Below are positions 33,213 through 36,227 of a stretch of 36,227 nt of DNA, one piece after another. The stretch is from assembly GCA_021790275.1 (NCBI GenBank), contig JAJYIB010000002.1, positions 1 through 36,227 of the forward strand, given 5' to 3'. A program made the translations under genes and the position numbers. The notes under the pieces are model-generated. The model ran no database searches and was not told the DNA's origin. It was given only the letters and a program-made list of their open reading frames with translations. Source of the DNA: a bacterium. Lineage in GTDB: Bacteria > Patescibacteriota > Minisyncoccia > UBA10092. The stretch's first letter is position 1; each line of letters opens with the position of its first letter.

Positions 33213-34880
33213 TTAGCGCGGTAAGCCGTCGTCGCCGATTATTTTTTTCAATTCGTCCATATCGACGCTTTTTCTCGGCTTTTTCGCCGTTTCGAGAATG
33301 CTTTTCGGCTTGAAAATTTTTTTCTCGACCGGTTTGCCGATTGAAACCGGCGGCGCGGCCGGCGTTTTGGATTTTATTTTCGCAAAACACTCTTTGCAGT
33401 AAACCGCGCGTTTCGGATCGGGTTTGAACGGCACTTTTATTTCCTTTTGGCATTCGACGCAAATCGCGTCGAACATTTCTTTCGTATCCGCTTTTTTAGC
33501 GGGCGAAATTTTTGCGAAAGTTGCGGAGGACAAAACAGGTGTTTCCGATCCGGCCGGCGCGGCTTCGGCGGAAACTCCGGCCGCCTCGGCAATCGCTTTT
33601 TCCACTTCGGCTCTCGACGATCCGTACGCCCGTCGGGAATAATCGATAATTTCTTTTACGTAAGAAATTTCCGGTTTTGAAACGGGCGGCAGGGTTCGCG
33701 CCGAAAAAGGCCTCGACGGCACACCGTCGACCATCAGACGCAGATATATATTATAATTCGGCAGATTAAGCAGATCTTCGGCAACGATATCCGGTCCGAA
33801 CTGTTTTTCCTCGAGGAAAGTAACATCCTCTCCACCGGTGCGAAAAGCAATGAAAGTGCCGACGTTCCCGAAAATCGCGTCTTTGACTTTGGTATTCTGA
33901 TCGTGAATCAGCTGGCCGATATATTGATTGGTAATGACGAGATCGAGCCGGTATTTCCGCGCTTCGGAAAGTATCGTCGCGAAACTGTCGGTGACGAAAT
34001 TTTGGAATTCGTCGACATAAAGATAAAAATCTTTTCTGTCTTCTTCGTTCGGAATGTCGACGCGGCTCATTGCGGCCAGCTGAATTTTAGTTATCAGCAT
34101 TCCGCCCAAAAGTTTACTGTTATCTTCCCCTATCCGCCCTTTCGACAAATTCATTATGATGATTTTTCCTTCATCCATCGCTTTCCGAAAATCGAATGAA
34201 GAATGCTTCTGGCCGATTATATTTCTGATGACGGCCGCCGAGCTGAATTGCCCGATTTTATTTTGAATGGCCGCCGTCGCTTCCTGCTCGTATTTTTGCT
34301 GATATTTGGCATATTCCTGTGTCCAAAAGGCCTTGATGATCGGATCTTCCAGCCGATCGACGACCGATTTTCTGAAAACTTTATCGGAATACATCCTGTT
34401 TATGCCGAGCAAAGTCGATCCGGGGATTTCCAAAAGCGCCAAAACGGTGTTGTTTAAAATATATTCCATTCTTGGTGACCAGACGTCGGGCCAGATTTTT
34501 TTGAAAACGCCCATCAGACCGGAAGCTACCAGATGGCGCGATTCCGCATCCACCGTTTCTATGGCATTGAACGCTATCGGATAGGCCGTATCGGCCGGAT
34601 TAAAGTAAATGACATCTTGTATCCGTTCTTCGGGAATATAGTTGAGCAGATTTTCCGCCATATCGCCGTGCGGATCGATAAAACCGATTCCATGGCCGGC
34701 GCGTATGTCTGCAACGAGCATATTCATCAAAAGTGTGGTTTTGCCGGTGCCCGTTTGGCCGATGATATACATATGCCGGCGCCGATCGTCGGGTTTTATG
34801 CCGAATTTTTTCCGCTGGCTGCGAAAATTGGTTTCGGCAAAAAAAGTCGTTTCGCTTTGGTTTTGATTTTCGTTGGCCAT
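33213..34880 (-). CDS. Soluble VirD4/TraD-like (type IV coupling protein-like, FtsK/HerA-superfamily) P-loop NTPase with C-terminal zinc-ribbon and Lys-rich tail
   Basis: Walker A ...YIIGQTGTGKTT..., ...IDPHGD..., Walker B-like ...FYLYVDEFQNF..., ...LVITNQYIGQL... There is no N-terminal TM. The C-terminus carries CVECQKEIKVPFKPDPKRAVYCKEC. Confidence 0.7.
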   Translation of the reverse strand: MANENQNQSETTFFAETNFRSQRKKFGIKPDDRRRHMYIIGQTGTGKTTLLMNMLVADIRAGHGIGFIDPHGDMAENLLNYIPEERIQDVIYFNPADTAYPIAFNAIETVDAESRHLVASGLMGVFKKIWPDVWSPRMEYILNNTVLALLEIPGSTLLGINRMYSDKVFRKSVVDRLEDPIIKAFWTQEYAKYQQKYEQEATAAIQNKIGQFSSAAVIRNIIGQKHSSFDFRKAMDEGKIIIMNLSKGRIGEDNSKLLGGMLITKIQLAAMSRVDIPNEEDRKDFYLYVDEFQNFVTDSFATILSEARKYRLDLVITNQYIGQLIHDQNTKVKDAIFGNVGTFIAFRTGGEDVTFLEEKQFGPDIVAEDLLNLPNYNIYLRLMVDGVPSRPFSARTLPPVSKPEISYVKEIIDYSRRAYGSSRAEVEKAIAEAAGVSAEAAPAGSETPVLSSATFAKISPAKKADTKEMFDAICVECQKEIKVPFKPDPKRAVYCKECFAKIKSKTPAAPPVSIGKPVEKKIFKPKSILETAKKPRKSVDMDELKKIIGDDGLPR

Positions 34881-34883
34881 ATT

Positions 34884-36149
34884 TTATTCTATCGGCAAAT
34901 TCGACGGCGGCTCGGCTTTTTTGGCGCTGACGCGCTCCAGAGTCGGCGTTTCCACCCCCAAAATCGGATAATGGTAAATAGTCGCGAGTTCTTCGGTATT
35001 CATTAGGAAATCTTTTTTGTTTTTGGAAAATTTCCGCTTGATGTAGCGATCGATAAAATTGATTTTCCTTAAAAACGCCCGCCTTTTGACGATAAACGGA
35101 AATATTCTCGGCTGATCGACTTTGGTTCCCGCTTTGCCGTTCGGCTTGAAAGCGTTCATATTCAAAGTGTTGAATTGTTTGAAAGAGCCGACGATTGCCG
35201 AAACGTTGGCGGCGTTAAAAACATCGGCGCGGGCGAAATAAGCGAAACGAACGCAGGTTTTGAAAGCGATCTTCGATATTTTGTTTTCAATCGCTTCGAC
35301 GACCGTTTTTTCTCCCGGCGAAAGAGTTTGCGCCGCCGTTTTGGATTCTTCTTTTTTCGCTTCGCTCCATTCGGGATAAACGGCCGGCGCCGTTATCAAA
35401 TTGGCGATGAACTCGTGCAAATAATCGAAAATTTTACCGAGCGCTCCTTTTTTCGCTTCGACTTTTTTTCCGACCATTTTATTAACCGCCGCCGTTCCCG
35501 CCTCTTTCCATTCTTTGTCGGCCGTCGGTTTGAATACGTATTGAATGAATATATTTTCACTCGGCCGCAGTTTAGAAAGAATTTCCAAAAAAGACGCTAT
35601 AGGATCGAGCCGCCTTTCTGCCGCCTTTTCTTCAAACGACGGATAAGTTCTGATCGGATAGTAATCGTCTTTGTCCAGAATAAATTCCACGCCGCCGATA
35701 TCATATTTTATTCCGGGGATTTCTTTCGCCAACTCGCCGGTATAATCGGAGACCTCGAAAATTTCCGCGTCGGGATACTGCGCGTGAATCTGCGCTTCGA
35801 CGAGATTTTTGAATTCCTCCGGCGTTCTTATAAAAAAATGCACCGAGCCGCCGATGCCGGCGATTTCAAAACTGAACCACTTTTGCACTTTTCCGAAAAA
35901 ATATTTATCTAAAAATTTTACGCTGGATAAAATACCGTGAAGGCCGGAAAAAACCTGCTCCATCGCTTTCGGATTTTTTTCTATATCGCGAGGCACTTTC
36001 ACTTCGAGCGTCAGCCAGACTATTTTCTTTATGGCTTTCGTCGTCAGATATTTCGTCCACATTTCGACGAAAAGCGCGAATAAAAGAATGGGCAGCCAAA
36101 GCCACCACAAACCGAAAAAGACATTGAAAATCGCGTAAACGGTGTGCAT
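34884..36149 (-). CDS. Hypothetical membrane protein (2 N-terminal TM helices plus a ~370-aa soluble domain), partner of the coupling-protein-like ATPase
   Basis: Begins MHTVYAIFNVFFGLWWLWLPILLFALFVEMW...LEVKVPRDIEKNPKAMEQVFSGLHG... and ends ...NTEELATIYHYPILG... Its stop is 3 nt before the ATPase start. I prefer the ATG at 36149; the track's TTG at 36173 is an alternative. I could not recognise a family. Confidence 0.6.
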   Translation of the reverse strand: MHTVYAIFNVFFGLWWLWLPILLFALFVEMWTKYLTTKAIKKIVWLTLEVKVPRDIEKNPKAMEQVFSGLHGILSSVKFLDKYFFGKVQKWFSFEIAGIGGSVHFFIRTPEEFKNLVEAQIHAQYPDAEIFEVSDYTGELAKEIPGIKYDIGGVEFILDKDDYYPIRTYPSFEEKAAERRLDPIASFLEILSKLRPSENIFIQYVFKPTADKEWKEAGTAAVNKMVGKKVEAKKGALGKIFDYLHEFIANLITAPAVYPEWSEAKKEESKTAAQTLSPGEKTVVEAIENKISKIAFKTCVRFAYFARADVFNAANVSAIVGSFKQFNTLNMNAFKPNGKAGTKVDQPRIFPFIVKRRAFLRKINFIDRYIKRKFSKNKKDFLMNTEELATIYHYPILGVETPTLERVSAKKAEPPSNLPIE

Positions 36150-36208
36150 TTTATGCGAAGTTTTAAAAAACAAATATATTATATGAAATAGCGGGGAAAA
36201 TTAAAAGG

Positions 36209-36227
36209 GGGCGCGCTTTGCGCGCCC
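36209..36227 (-). terminator. GC-rich hairpin at the window edge, probable terminator of the upstream minus-strand gene
   Basis: GGGCGCGC-TTT-GCGCGCCC, followed on the minus strand by CCTTTTAATTTT. A TATAAT at 36178-36183 lies downstream of it. Confidence 0.5.

Overview
This 36.2 kb window is about 90% coding, with 37 protein genes, 32 of them on the minus strand. I found no rRNA, tRNA, CRISPR array, transposase or integrase. Everything below was read by eye from the sequence and the ORF track; no database search was run.

The backbone is housekeeping genes of a small-genome bacterium. It includes:
- a greA-lysS-serS run
- the rod-shape cluster mreB-mreC-mreD-PBP2, plus a second mreB paralogue
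- proS, rseP, frr and a holB-like gene
- the ribosomal alpha-operon block infA-rpmJ-rpsM-rpsK-rpsD-rpoA-rplQ, followed directly by rplM-rpsI
- alaS, mnmA, class II ribonucleotide reductase nrdJ, and efp
- a surface-glycosylation group (a GtrA-like gene and two ArnT/PMT-like GT39 glycosyltransferases)

Several features suggest Patescibacteria/CPR, but this is inference only: domain-trimmed aminoacyl-tRNA synthetases, frr overlapping rseP with no uppS/cdsA between them, GT39 pairs, and almost no Shine-Dalgarno (SD) sites. The genetic code is standard, with TGA used as a stop.

The non-backbone parts worth attention are:
1. A self-contained two-gene module at 33213-36173: a 2-TM membrane protein plus a soluble VirD4/TraD-like P-loop ATPase with a C-terminal zinc-ribbon tail. 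No other secretion or conjugation genes are in view.
2. A very AT-rich NYN-domain gene wedged between serS and ftsQ, preceded by a terminator-like leader.
3. An orphan 99-aa ORF cassette with a roughly 215-nt structured leader.
4. A compositionally foreign membrane-protein cassette with its own consensus promoter, SD and terminator.
5. An efp gene split by a 1-nt frame change in an A-run, which also has a non-canonical modification loop.
6. An in-frame AT-rich palindromic insertion in mnmA.
7. Genome-style signals: -10 boxes sit 6-8 nt from the ATG at operon heads (a leaderless layout), and strong SD sites occur on only three genes.
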